From NCBI GenBank assembly GCA_963783385.1, contig CAWANJ010000001.1:544001-608000 (forward strand): a stretch of DNA of 64,000 nt. Direction: 5' to 3'. The notes beneath the pieces are model-generated. The model was not told the DNA's origin. It saw only the letters and a program-made list of their open reading frames with translations, and did not search any database. Below, in pieces: positions 25,060 through 36,031 of the stretch (positions are counted from its first letter, which is position 1; every line of letters begins with the position of its first letter). The stretch is from an uncultured Gemmatimonadales bacterium (GTDB lineage: Bacteria > Gemmatimonadota > Gemmatimonadetes > Palauibacterales > Palauibacteraceae). Position numbers and translations under genes: made by a program.

Positions 25060-25933
25060 CAGATTGCCTCCTCCGACTTCCCGCATGTCCAGCTCGGTGG
25101 CGGCGATGCGTCGCACCCCGGCGACAAGCCGCTGGAAGCGCTCCGCCGTCGCGCCCCGACCTCCAGCACCTCTTCGTGCCGGAGCGGTGCGGCGGAGATC
25201 CCGGCGGCGTGGTTCGTCAGGAGGCTCACGCCCACGCAGCGCACGCCGAGGGCCCGGGCCGCGAGGACCTCCGGGACCGTGGACATCCCCACCGCGTCCG
25301 CGCCCAGGCGGACCAGCATGGCCACCTCGGCCGGGGTTTCGTACGAGGGACCGCGGAGCGCACGCGTACACGCCCTCCCGGAGGGGCAGCCCCTCGCGCA
25401 GGGCCGCCTCGCGCAGGGCCCCGCGCAGCCCGGGATCGTAGCAGCTCGCCAGGTCGGGCCAGCGGCTCTCTCCCCGGCGGGTCGGCCCGACCAGCGGGTT
25501 GGCACCCGCCAGATTCAGGTGGTCGGCGATCAGCATCAGGCTCGCCGGGGATCCAGCGGCGGTGGAGCGATCCCGCCGCGTTGGTCACGAACAGGATCCG
25601 CACCCCGAGACGGGCCGCGACCCGGACCGGCAGGGCCACCCGGTCCGCGGGATGACCTTCGTACAGGTGCGCCCGGCCGAGGAGCACCAGCACGGGGAGT
25701 CCTTCCAGCTCGCCGCCGACCACCAGGCCGGCGTGCCCCTCGACGGCGGGCCGCGGCCAGCCCGGGATCTCGGAGCAGGGTATCCGCGCGCCGCGTGCTA
25801 CCCGGTCGGCGAGCCCCCCGAGCCCCGAGCCGAGCACCAGCGCGAGGCGGGGCTCGAAGCCGTCCAGCCGGCGGACCAGGTGGGCCGCGGCGGCTCCCGC
25901 CGGATCCGGCCCGCGGGCGGGGTCGCGGGTCAC
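25059..25933 (-). CDS. punA: Trimeric purine-nucleoside phosphorylase (about 3 frameshifts; sequencing error or pseudogene)
   Basis: [24 protein letters not shown] / DHLN / GPSYETPAE and GMSTVPE are spread over three frames. Confidence 0.8.
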
Positions 25934-26637
25934 GCGTCCCGCTCGTGCTCGGACCACCCGAGCGGAGAAGGCAGCGGCTCGGTACACGCGGCCAGCGCCA
26001 GGCCATGGGACGTGCCGATCCGCGTGGCGCCCGCCGCCACCATGCGGAGCGCGTCCGCGCAGGTCCGGATCCCGCCCGAGGCCTTCACTCCGATCCCGGG
26101 CCCTCCGGCCTCCCTGAGGAGCGCCACCGCGGCCGGCGTGGCTCCGCCGGCGGGGTGGAATCCCGTCGAAGTCTTGAGGAAGTCGGCCCCGGCTCCGGCC
26201 GCCACCCGGCCGGCGCGCAGGATCGCGGGCGGCTCCAGTGCGGCCGTCTCCAGGATCACCTTGACCCGTGCGGCCCCGTCCACCACCCGTGCCACGGCGG
26301 CCACTTCCCGCTCCAGCACATCCCAACGTCCGCCCTGGAGGGCGTCCAGCCGCGCGACCATGTCCACCTCCGTGGCACCCATGGCCAGAACCTCCCCGGC
26401 CTCCCGTGCCTTGTGCTCGTGCGTGTGCGCCCCGAGCGGAAACGAGACCACGGTGGCCACCGCGACCGGCGTCCCGGCGACGCCCGCCGCCGCCCGGCGA
26501 ACGTGCACCGGGTTCACGCACACGGCCGCGAAGCCGTGCTCGACCGCCTCCCGGCACAGCCGCTCGACGTCGGCCGGGGTGGTCTCCGGCCGCAAGGCCG
26601 TGTGATCGACCAGGTCGGCCAGGCGGCGCGGACTCAA
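25930..26637 (-). CDS. deoC: Deoxyribose-phosphate aldolase
   Basis: [35 protein letters not shown] and RIGTS. Confidence 0.95.
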   Translation of the reverse strand: MSPRRLADLVDHTALRPETTPADVERLCREAVEHGFAAVCVNPVHVRRAAAGVAGTPVAVATVVSFPLGAHTHEHKAREAGEVLAMGATEVDMVARLDALQGGRWDVLEREVAAVARVVDGAARVKVILETAALEPPAILRAGRVAAGAGADFLKTSTGFHPAGGATPAAVALLREAGGPGIGVKASGGIRTCADALRMVAAGATRIGTSHGLALAACTEPLPSPLGWSEHERDA

Positions 26638-27374
26638 TACAGGGGGCTCCCGATGTCCGCCCCGGCCCGTCTCTTGGCTTCCAGGAGCTTCCCGCTGCGG
26701 AACAGGGGGATGAGGAGCCCGCCCGCGATGAAGCCGCCCACGTGCGCCCACACCGCCACTCCGCCCGCGGCTCCGGCGGCGCCGGTGAACAGCTGCAGGG
26801 CAAACCACTCCAGGAGAAGCAGCCAGGCGGGGAGCGGGATGATCCGGATGATGATGAAGATGATGAACAGCGTGCTCACCCGGACCCGCGGAAAGAGGAC
26901 CAGGTAGGCTCCCATCACCCCGCTGATCGCGCCCGAGGCCCCGATCGTGGGCACCGGGCTACCGGGGCCCGAGGCCACGTGGGCCGCCGTCGCCAGCACG
27001 CCGCACACGAGGTAGAAGACGGCGAAGCGGACGTGCCCCATGGCGTCCTCGATGTTGTTCCCGAACACCCAGAGGAACCACATGTTCATGATGAGGTGGA
27101 GCCACCCGCCGTGCATGAACATTGAGGTGAACACCGACCACCACGCCTCGCCGCCCACCGTGCACACGAAGCGGCCGCCCCGGATCTGCGTTCCGGAAGG
27201 GAGGGTCCCGGTCACGTGCCCGGGGATGAGGCCGTGCTCGCACAGGGCGCGGAGGTAGCCCGAGCCGCTCCCCGCGTGCTCCAGGGTGAGCCACACGGCC
27301 ACGTTGACCGCGATGATGATCACGGTGACGTAGGGCGCGAGGAGAGTGGGGTTGTCGTCCTTGAGCGGGAACAT
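26634..27374 (-). CDS. Rhomboid intramembrane serine protease
   Basis: [31 protein letters not shown] and AHVGGF. Confidence 0.95.
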   Translation of the reverse strand: MFPLKDDNPTLLAPYVTVIIIAVNVAVWLTLEHAGSGSGYLRALCEHGLIPGHVTGTLPSGTQIRGGRFVCTVGGEAWWSVFTSMFMHGGWLHLIMNMWFLWVFGNNIEDAMGHVRFAVFYLVCGVLATAAHVASGPGSPVPTIGASGAISGVMGAYLVLFPRVRVSTLFIIFIIIRIIPLPAWLLLLEWFALQLFTGAAGAAGGVAVWAHVGGFIAGGLLIPLFRSGKLLEAKRRAGADIGSPLY

Positions 27375-27388
27375 GCCCCGAGCTTAGA

Positions 27389-27655
27389 TCGGGGGCGACG
27401 GGGGACGCAACGTGCGCCGCACGGTCGCGGGACGCCGGGCCCACCCCTACGGGCAGGTCGGCCGGGGTGGGGGCGGGGGTGTCTCCGAGCGAAGCCGCAG
27501 CGAAGCGCCCTGGCGGCTCACCGGCCGATCGTCCCGGGCGAATCGGGGCGCCCCCCACTCCCCGGGGCGAGCGTGGGGCGCGCAGCGAAGGCGCAGACGA
27601 GGAGACACCCCCGCCCCCGCCCCGAGCCGCCCACCGGGCAAGGTGTCGCCCCCGA
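27389..27655. repeat. Nested inverted-repeat element (MITE/REP-like or structured RNA)
   Basis: 11-bp perfect IR at 27389-27399/27645-27655; 24-bp IR with 1 mismatch at 27463-27486/27601-27624; internal hairpins and GCGAAG motifs. Confidence 0.6.
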
Positions 27656-27741
27656 CGCGCAGCGCTCCTGCCGTTCTGACACGCGCAGCGGCCCCGGGTG
27701 TCAATATGTCGTGAGAATCCTCCCGTCCGCCCCCCTTCGAC

Positions 27742-27757
27742 CGGCATATGGCTTGCA
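27742..27757 (+). promoter_or_regulatory. Putative sigma54 -24/-12 promoter of dnaK
   Basis: CGGCATATGGCTTGCA (GG-N10-GC, with TTGC). Confidence 0.6.
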
Positions 27758-27864
27758 CCCCTCGCCATCCGCGGCGACCGCACTACGCCGGACGAGCGGG
27801 GTGCCGACGACCGCACGAAACGAGACGAGAGAGCGACGGAAACGCGAGCGCGAGGACGACTGGT

Positions 27865-29781
27865 ATGGCCAAGGTGATCGGGATCGATCTGGGCACGACG
27901 AACTCCGTCGTCGCCGTAATGGAGGGAGGCGACCCGGTCGTCATCCCCAACGCGGAGGGTTCGAGGACGACCCCTTCCGTGGTCGCGTGGACCAAGGACG
28001 GCGAGCGTCTCGTCGGCCAGGTCGCCAAGCGCCAGGCCGTGACGAACCCGGAGAACACGGTCTCCTCCATCAAGCGCTTCATGGGCCGCAAGTGCTCGGA
28101 GGTCGAGGGCGAGCGGAAGCTTATCCCCTACAAGACCGAGTGCGACTCGGACGACCGCGTGCAGGTCAAGATCGGCAACGCGGACAAGAGCTTCCAGCCG
28201 CCCGAGATCTCGGCCATGATCCTCCAGAAGATGAAGGCGACGGCCGAGGACTACCTGGGCCAGGAGGTCGTGCAGGCGGTCGTCACGGTGCCGGCCTACT
28301 TCAACGACGCGCAGCGGCAGGCCACCAAGGACGCCGGCAAGATCGCCGGCCTCGACGTGCTGCGGATCATCAACGAGCCGACGGCGGCGTCGCTGGCCTA
28401 CGGGCTGGACAAGAAGGAGGACGAGAAGATCGCCGTGTTCGACCTGGGCGGCGGCACCTACGACATCTCGGTGCTCGAGCTCGGGGACGGCGTGTTCGAG
28501 GTGAAGGCCACGAACGGCGACACGCATCTGGGCGGCGACGACTTCGATCAGCGGGTCATCGACTGGCTCGTGCAGGAGTTCAAGAAGGACCAGGGCATCG
28601 ACCTCTCCAAGGACCCGATGGCGCTCCAGCGACTCAAGGAGGCCGCGGAGAAGGCCAAGTGCGAGCTGTCGAGCACGATGCAGACGGACATCAACCTGCC
28701 GTTCATCACGGCGGACCAGTCCGGACCCAAGCACCTGAACCTGACGCTCACCCGCGCCAAGTTCGAGCAGCTCGTCGACGACCTGATCCAGAAGACGACC
28801 GGGCCCATGAAGCGGGCCCTGGATGACGCCGGCCTCAAGCCTTCGGAGATCGACGAGGTCATCCTCGTGGGCGGCTCGACCCGGATCCCGAAGCTCCAGG
28901 AGGTCGTGAAGGAGTTCTTCGGGAAGGATCCGCACAAGGGCGTGAACCCGGACGAGGTCGTGGCGATCGGCGCGGCCATCCAGGGCGGCGTGCTGGCCGG
29001 TGAGGTCAAGGACGTGCTCCTGCTGGACGTGACGCCCCTCTCCCTGGGGATCGAGACGCTGGGTGGCGTGATGACCGCGCTGATTCCGCGCAACACCACG
29101 ATCCCGACCAAGAAGAGCGAGGTGTTCTCGACCGCCGAGGACAGCCAGAACACGGTGGACATCCACGTCCTCCAGGGCGAGCGGGACATGGCGGCGAACA
29201 ACAAGACGATCGGCCGCTTCCAGCTCACCGGGATCCCACCGGCGCCGCGGGGCGTTCCCCAGATCGAGGTCACCTTCGACATCGACGCCAACGGGATCCT
29301 GCACGTGTCCGCCAAGGACAAGGCGACGGCCAAGGAGCAGAAGATCCGGATCGAGGCGTCCTCCGGGCTGTCGGACACCGAGATCGACCGGATGGTCAAC
29401 GAGGCCGAGGAGCACGCCGAGGAGGACGAGAAGCGCCGTCAGGAGGTCGAGGCCCGAAACAAGCTCGACTCCCTGGTCTACCAGACCGAGAAGAACCTCG
29501 AGGACTGGAAGGAGGCGCTCGACGAGGACGGCAAGAAGGCGATCGAGACGGCCCTGGAGGGCGGCCGGAAGGCCCTCAAGGAGGGGGACCACGACGCCAT
29601 CACAGCCGCCACCGAGGCGATCCAGAAGACCGCGCAGGAGGCGGCGCAGAAGATGTACGCCAAGGCCGGCGCCCAGCCGGGAGCCGACGGTGGACCGGAG
29701 GGCGCCCGGGGCGAGCCGGCCGAGGGCGAGGAGGAGGAAGTGGTCGAAGCCGACTACGAGATCGTCGAGGACAAGGAGTAG
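27865..29781 (+). CDS. dnaK: Molecular chaperone DnaK
   Basis: [26 protein letters not shown] and [12 protein letters not shown]. Confidence 0.99.
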   Translation: MAKVIGIDLGTTNSVVAVMEGGDPVVIPNAEGSRTTPSVVAWTKDGERLVGQVAKRQAVTNPENTVSSIKRFMGRKCSEVEGERKLIPYKTECDSDDRVQVKIGNADKSFQPPEISAMILQKMKATAEDYLGQEVVQAVVTVPAYFNDAQRQATKDAGKIAGLDVLRIINEPTAASLAYGLDKKEDEKIAVFDLGGGTYDISVLELGDGVFEVKATNGDTHLGGDDFDQRVIDWLVQEFKKDQGIDLSKDPMALQRLKEAAEKAKCELSSTMQTDINLPFITADQSGPKHLNLTLTRAKFEQLVDDLIQKTTGPMKRALDDAGLKPSEIDEVILVGGSTRIPKLQEVVKEFFGKDPHKGVNPDEVVAIGAAIQGGVLAGEVKDVLLLDVTPLSLGIETLGGVMTALIPRNTTIPTKKSEVFSTAEDSQNTVDIHVLQGERDMAANNKTIGRFQLTGIPPAPRGVPQIEVTFDIDANGILHVSAKDKATAKEQKIRIEASSGLSDTEIDRMVNEAEEHAEEDEKRRQEVEARNKLDSLVYQTEKNLEDWKEALDEDGKKAIETALEGGRKALKEGDHDAITAATEAIQKTAQEAAQKMYAKAGAQPGADGGPEGARGEPAEGEEEEVVEADYEIVEDKE

Positions 29782-29952
29782 CGTCCCGATCGACCGGGGC
29801 CCGGAGCTCCGGCGAGGCGGCCCGTCCAGGGAGGCCCCCCTCGGGGGCCGAGGCCGAGCGGAGGGCGGCGCTCCACGCGCCGCCCTCCCGCGTTTGGGAC
29901 GGCTCCGCGGCGCCCGTCCCGGGTACCCTCCGTCGTCGGCCGGCCGAGAGAG

Positions 29953-29968
29953 CGGTACGCCTCGTGCA
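29953..29968 (+). promoter_or_regulatory. Possible sigma54 promoter of degP
   Basis: CGGTACGCCTCGTGCA (GG-N10-GC). Confidence 0.4.
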
Positions 29969-30112
29969 ACCACGGGCCCCGGCCGGCGGCCCGCGGGCAA
30001 CGTTGCCGGGAGCGCGCAGGTCCAAAGGAACGAAGACGGACGACAGGCGGCGAGTACGGGTACGGGGCCGGACGGCCCGGCCCGACGGATTCTGAAGATG
30101 GGATTGAGAGCG

Positions 30113-31696
30113 ATGAAGGACGGACTGCGATCCAAGATCAACGTGGTGCTCACGGCCGTGGTTGCCTTCGGCGTGGGACTCGGCGTGGCGGCGGGCTTCG
30201 ACCTCACGCCCCGCAGCTTCGCCGAAGGGACCGGAGGACCGGTCAAGGTCCAGATCGGGACGCCGCCGGCGCTGGCCAGGGAGCTGCAGAACACGACCTT
30301 CCAGGACGGGTTCGCGGCGGTGGCCAAGGCGGTGTCTCCGGGCGTGGTGACGATCCAGGTCGAGGAGCGGGCGGCGCACCCCCAGGCCATGCAGATCCCG
30401 AATCCGTTCCGGGACTTCTTCGGAAACCCGGATCAGCCGCAGGCGCCGGACACGGTCTACCAGGAAGCGAGCGGATCGGGCTTCATCATCAGCCCCGAGG
30501 GCTACATCGTCACCAACAACCACGTGGTCGAGGGCGCGCAGACGATCACGGTGCAGCTGGCCGATCAGCGCACCTTCAAGAACGTCAAGCTCGTGGGGCG
30601 TGATCCGACGACGGATGTGGCCCTCCTCAAGATCGACGCCGAGGACCTGCACCCCGTGCCGCTGGGCGACAGCGACAGCACGCACGTCGGGGACTGGGTG
30701 CTGGCGATCGGAAGCCCCGGCTTCGCCGGCGCCGGGATCCTCCCGACCACGGTGACGGCCGGCATCGTGAGCGCCAAGAACCGGTCCATCGGCATCCTGG
30801 GCCAGCGGTTCCGGAACCGGAGTCCGCAGGCCGGCAACCCCGCCATCGAGGACTTCATCCAGACCGACGCGGTCATCAACCGGGGCAACTCGGGCGGGCC
30901 GCTGGTCAACGTCCGGGGCGAGGCCGTGGGCATGAACACGGCCATCATGAGCGCCACCGGCTACTACCAGGGCTACGGCTTCGCGGTACCGATCTCCCTC
31001 GTGCGGAGCGTGGTCGACGACCTCATCAAGTACGGCAAGGTCCGGCGGCCGATGCTGGGCGTGCTCATCCAGGGCGTGACGCCGGCGGACGCCAAGTACT
31101 ACCACCTCGACCACATTGGGGGCGCCAAGGTCGAGGACTTCTCCGGGGAGGACAGTCCGGCCAGGAAGGCCGGACTGCAGCCGGGCGACATCATCACCTC
31201 GGTGAACGGCGAGCCGGTCCAGTCCGTTCAGGACCTGCAGACCCGGATTCGCAAGTACCAGCCGGGTCAGAAGGTGAAGCTGGAGATCGTCCACCGGTCG
31301 AACCACCAGCGCACCACCGTGGACGTCACCCTCAGCGAGGCTCCCTCGCCCGGCGCCTCGACCGCCACGCAGGCCACGAGCTCGACCGAGAGCAATCCGC
31401 TGGGAATCCAGGTGGACGAGCTCGACGCGCAGACGCGTGATCAGCTCAAGGTCCCGGAGAGCGTGCAGGGCGTGGTCGTAACGGACGACAGTCCGCGCGG
31501 GCCGCTCGACCAGGCGCTCGGAGGTAGGGCGCGCGGCCTGGTGATCCAGGACATCAACGGCAGCTCGATCCACGACGTGGACGACTACAACAAGGCCGTG
31601 AAGTCCCTCAAGGCGGGCGACGTGGCCAGCATCAAGCTGTTCAGCCCGCGGACCTCCCAGCAGCTGTTCGTGAGCGTGGAGATCCCCGCGAGCTGA
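30113..31696 (+). CDS. degP: Do/DegP-family serine endoprotease with two PDZ domains
   Basis: GSGFII, TNNHVV, DVALLKI and [15 protein letters not shown]; two PDZ domains; N-terminal TM/signal. Confidence 0.93.
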   Translation: MKDGLRSKINVVLTAVVAFGVGLGVAAGFDLTPRSFAEGTGGPVKVQIGTPPALARELQNTTFQDGFAAVAKAVSPGVVTIQVEERAAHPQAMQIPNPFRDFFGNPDQPQAPDTVYQEASGSGFIISPEGYIVTNNHVVEGAQTITVQLADQRTFKNVKLVGRDPTTDVALLKIDAEDLHPVPLGDSDSTHVGDWVLAIGSPGFAGAGILPTTVTAGIVSAKNRSIGILGQRFRNRSPQAGNPAIEDFIQTDAVINRGNSGGPLVNVRGEAVGMNTAIMSATGYYQGYGFAVPISLVRSVVDDLIKYGKVRRPMLGVLIQGVTPADAKYYHLDHIGGAKVEDFSGEDSPARKAGLQPGDIITSVNGEPVQSVQDLQTRIRKYQPGQKVKLEIVHRSNHQRTTVDVTLSEAPSPGASTATQATSSTESNPLGIQVDELDAQTRDQLKVPESVQGVVVTDDSPRGPLDQALGGRARGLVIQDINGSSIHDVDDYNKAVKSLKAGDVASIKLFSPRTSQQLFVSVEIPAS

Positions 31697-31739
31697 CGGG
31701 CGGACCGACCCGGGTCGCCCCCTCGGGGAGGAGAGGGCG

Positions 31740-31775
31740 CGAGGCCGGAGGACCCCTCGGGGCTCTCCGGCCTCG
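31740..31775 (+). terminator. Hairpin downstream of degP
   Basis: CGAGGCCGGAG...CTCCGGCCTCG 11-bp perfect stem. Confidence 0.55.
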
Positions 31776-31929
31776 TCGTGTCGGACCGGGTTGGGGATGC
31801 CCGAACCCGGCGGCATGGCTGGACCTCCCTGCCAAATCGAGCTAACGTCTAGGGGCCGGCGGGCGCCCGGGAAACGGGGCCCGAGGGAGCCACCGGAGCC
31901 GACGCGGGAACGAAGGCGGCGGCCAGCGC

Positions 31930-32014
31930 GCGAAAGTGGCGGAACCGGTAGACGCGCCAGCCTTAGGAGCTGGTGGCCCACACGGCCGTGGGGGTTCGAG
32001 TCCCCCCTTTCGCA
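31930..32014 (+). tRNA. tRNA-Leu(TAG)
   Basis: Acceptor GCGAAAG/CTTTCGC; anticodon arm CCAGC-CTTAGGA-GCTGG; long variable arm; GTTCGAG T-loop; CCA not encoded. Confidence 0.96.
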
Positions 32015-32074
32015 TGCGGACGGGCGAAGTGGCAGAAGACCTGGGAGCACGAGGCGGGAGCCGGCGACGACACG

Positions 32075-33352
32075 ATGAGTGAGGATCGAGAGCCCGAGAA
32101 CGGGACCGGAGGCCTGGAGGTCGAGATCGAGGAGGGCGAGGCGTGGCGCCGTCGCCTGAGGATCACGGTCTCCCCCCGGCGCGTGGCCAGCACCCGCACC
32201 CTCGAACGCGAGCGCCTGGCGCGGACCGTACGGCTCAAGGGCTTCAGGCCGGGGAAGATCCCCGCCGAGGTCGTCGAGCAGCGCTTCGGTCCGGCCATCG
32301 ACGACCGCACCATCCGCCGCCTGGTCGAGGATGCGTACCGGGAGGCGATCGCAGATCACGACCTCCATCCGATCGGCGAGCCCGAGATCGCGGACGTCGA
32401 ATACGGCGAGGGAGAGAGCCTCTCGTTCCTGGCCGAGTTCGAGGTCGTTCCGGAGATCCGGCTGGAGCGAACCGGGGGCTTCCGGATCGAGCAGCCACCC
32501 GTCGAGGTCGGCGACGAGGATGTGGAGCAGATCCTGGAGCGGATCCGTGACGACCAGGCCGTGTGGGAGCCCATAGAGCGCAGGCCCGAACAGGGCGACA
32601 TGGTGTCGGTCCGGATCGGGCCGGTGGGCGAGGAGGAGGGGGCGGAGGCGGAGCTGCATTCCTACCGGTTCGAGCTGGGGAAGGGACGCGCCATTCCGGA
32701 GGTCGAGGACGCGATCCGCACCCTGGCCCCCGGCGAGGCGGACGAGTTCGAGGTGGCCTTCCCCGAGGACTTCGACGACGAGGAGATGGCTGGTAAGGTC
32801 CGGACGCTCCGCATCGAGCTCGTGGACGTCAAACAGAGGGGCCTTCCGGCCGTGGACGACGAGTTCGCGCGGTCCGTGGGAGACTTCGAGAGCCTCGAGG
32901 CGTTGCGCGACGCGGTGCGGGACGACGTGCGCCACCACGCCGAAGAGGAGGCCGAGGACACGCTCCGCCAGCGGATCCTCGACTCCATCGCCGAGGCCAA
33001 TCCCTTCGATGTCCCTGCCGCCATGGTCGAGAGCTACCTGGACCGGATCATCGAGGCTCCCGAGAGCGCGGACCCCGAGCGGGTCCGCGAGGCGCGGCAG
33101 CAGGTCTATCCCACGGCGGAGCGCCAGATCCGCCGACAGCTGATCCTCGACCGGCTCCTCGAGGGAGGGGAATACGATTCCACGGAGGAGGAGCTGGACG
33201 CACGCCTGGCGGAGATGGGGGAGCGCCGGGGGATCGATCCGCACGACCTCAGACGTAAGCTATTACGGGACCAACAGTTGGACAGAGTGCAGCGCCAGAT
33301 CGCGGTCGAGAAGGTGTTCGACGAGCTCAAGAGCCGCTCGGAGATCCGATGA
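32075..33352 (+). CDS. tig: Trigger factor
   Basis: GFRPGKIP ribosome-binding motif; conserved tRNA-Leu-tig-clpP-clpX order. Confidence 0.95.
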   Translation: MSEDREPENGTGGLEVEIEEGEAWRRRLRITVSPRRVASTRTLERERLARTVRLKGFRPGKIPAEVVEQRFGPAIDDRTIRRLVEDAYREAIADHDLHPIGEPEIADVEYGEGESLSFLAEFEVVPEIRLERTGGFRIEQPPVEVGDEDVEQILERIRDDQAVWEPIERRPEQGDMVSVRIGPVGEEEGAEAELHSYRFELGKGRAIPEVEDAIRTLAPGEADEFEVAFPEDFDDEEMAGKVRTLRIELVDVKQRGLPAVDDEFARSVGDFESLEALRDAVRDDVRHHAEEEAEDTLRQRILDSIAEANPFDVPAAMVESYLDRIIEAPESADPERVREARQQVYPTAERQIRRQLILDRLLEGGEYDSTEEELDARLAEMGERRGIDPHDLRRKLLRDQQLDRVQRQIAVEKVFDELKSRSEIR

Positions 33353-33503
33353 GCATCTCGGAGTGGCTGCGGCGTCCGCCGGATCGGCGGGCGGTGGACC
33401 GAGGGGAAGAGGTGGCCCCAGGTCGGAACCCTGCGGGATGGGCGGGTAGCACCACACCGTCGTCCCGACGACCCCGCGACTCCCATGAGACGGAACGAGG
33501 CAG

Positions 33504-34124
33504 ATGACGATCTACGCACCCTATGTGATCGAGCGCTCCAGCCGCGGCGAGCGCAGCTACGACATCTTCTCGCGCCTCCTCATGGACCGGATCGTGTTCC
33601 TGGGGACGCCGATCAACGACAACGTCGCGAACATCATCATCGCCCAGCTTCTCTTCCTGCAGGCCGAGAACCCCGACAAGCCCATCCACCTGTACATCAA
33701 CTGCCCGGGCGGCGGGGTGTACTCGGGGCTGGCGATCTACGACACGATGCAGTACCTGACCGCCCCGATGGCCACCACGTGCATGGGGATGGCCGCCTCC
33801 ATGGGGGCGGTGCTCCTCGCGGCGGGCGAGCACGGCCGCCGCTCGGCCCTGCCCAACTCGCGCATCATGATCCACCAGCCTTCCAGCGGTGCGCAGGGCA
33901 CGGCGGCCGACATCGAGATCCAGGCCAAGGAGATCCTCTACGCGCGCGAGCGCCTGAACCAGATCCTCGCGGATCACACGGGGCAGTCCCTCGACAAGGT
34001 GGCCGACGACGTGGACCGGGACCGGTTCATGTCGCCCCAGGAGGCGCTCGACTACGGGATCATCGATCGCGTGACCGAGCGGAAGGACGAAGAGAACGGG
34101 ACGGGCTCTCCGGCGAGCAAGTGA
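33504..34124 (+). CDS. clpP: ATP-dependent Clp protease proteolytic subunit
   Basis: [19 protein letters not shown] (catalytic Ser), MIHQP and DRDRFM. Confidence 0.98.
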   Translation: MTIYAPYVIERSSRGERSYDIFSRLLMDRIVFLGTPINDNVANIIIAQLLFLQAENPDKPIHLYINCPGGGVYSGLAIYDTMQYLTAPMATTCMGMAASMGAVLLAAGEHGRRSALPNSRIMIHQPSSGAQGTAADIEIQAKEILYARERLNQILADHTGQSLDKVADDVDRDRFMSPQEALDYGIIDRVTERKDEENGTGSPASK

Positions 34125-34186
34125 CCCCGACCGCGGCGGCGGCCCGCGCGCCGCGGCGCAGCATGCGAGAGTAGGGAGGCGACCTC

Positions 34187-35433
<1,247 letters not shown>

Positions 35434-35437
<4 letters not shown>

Positions 35438-36027
35438 CCCGCGATCGAATCGAATTCGTCGGGGCGCAGCGCCGGCCCGGCGATCCGCTTCCGACGCGCC
35501 TCCCCCAGGTGGCTCTCGTGGGCCGCTCCAACGTGGGGAAGTCCAGCCTCATCAACGCGATGCTCGGCCGGAAGCGGCTGGCGCGCGTCTCCAAGACCCC
35601 CGGCCGGACCCGGGAGATCCACTTCTACGAGGTGGACGAGCGCTTCTGCGTAGTGGACCTGCCAGGGTACGGCTTCGCCAGCGTCCCGGCCGAGGTCCGA
35701 CAGCGCTGGACCCCCCTGATCGAGAGCTACCTGTCCACGAGTCCCGGACTCGTGGGGGTCGTGCTCCTCCTGGACGCCCGCCGCGGGCCCTCGCAGGACG
35801 ACAGGGGCATGATCGATCAGCTGGCCCGGCTCGGCACGCCGACCCTGTTCGCGCTCACCAAGGCCGACAAGCTGTCCAGGAGCGAGCGCCGCCGGGCGAC
35901 GCAGGCCATGCAGGAAACCCTCGAGCTGCCGGGGGACCAGGTGGTGGCCACCTCGGCGGTCAGCGGGGAGGGAGTGGAGACGCTGTGGAAGAGCGTCGTG
36001 TCGGCGATGGAAGAGGCGGCGTCCTAG
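35434..36027 (+). CDS. engB: Ribosome biogenesis GTPase YihA/EngB
   Basis: [22 protein letters not shown] and TKADK; GTGA overlap with clpX. Confidence 0.95.
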
Positions 36028-36031
36028 AGTC

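Noticed and set aside
22846-26907. 1353-aa ORF containing ThiD, suggesting a giant fusion
   Set aside because: Only 24043-24840 is ThiD; read-through comes from a frameshift, and the flanks are antisense to real genes
26959-30390. 1143-aa ORF antisense to dnaK
   Set aside because: Well-known shadow ORF opposite dnaK, often misannotated as NAD-glutamate dehydrogenase; it results from high-GC codon bias
31930-32014. tRNA-Leu as an island integration site
   Set aside because: Directly followed by tig; no duplicated 3' end or integrase seen in the window
29600-33244. 1214-aa minus-strand ORF
   Set aside because: Antisense to degP, tRNA-Leu and tig; no recognisable motifs
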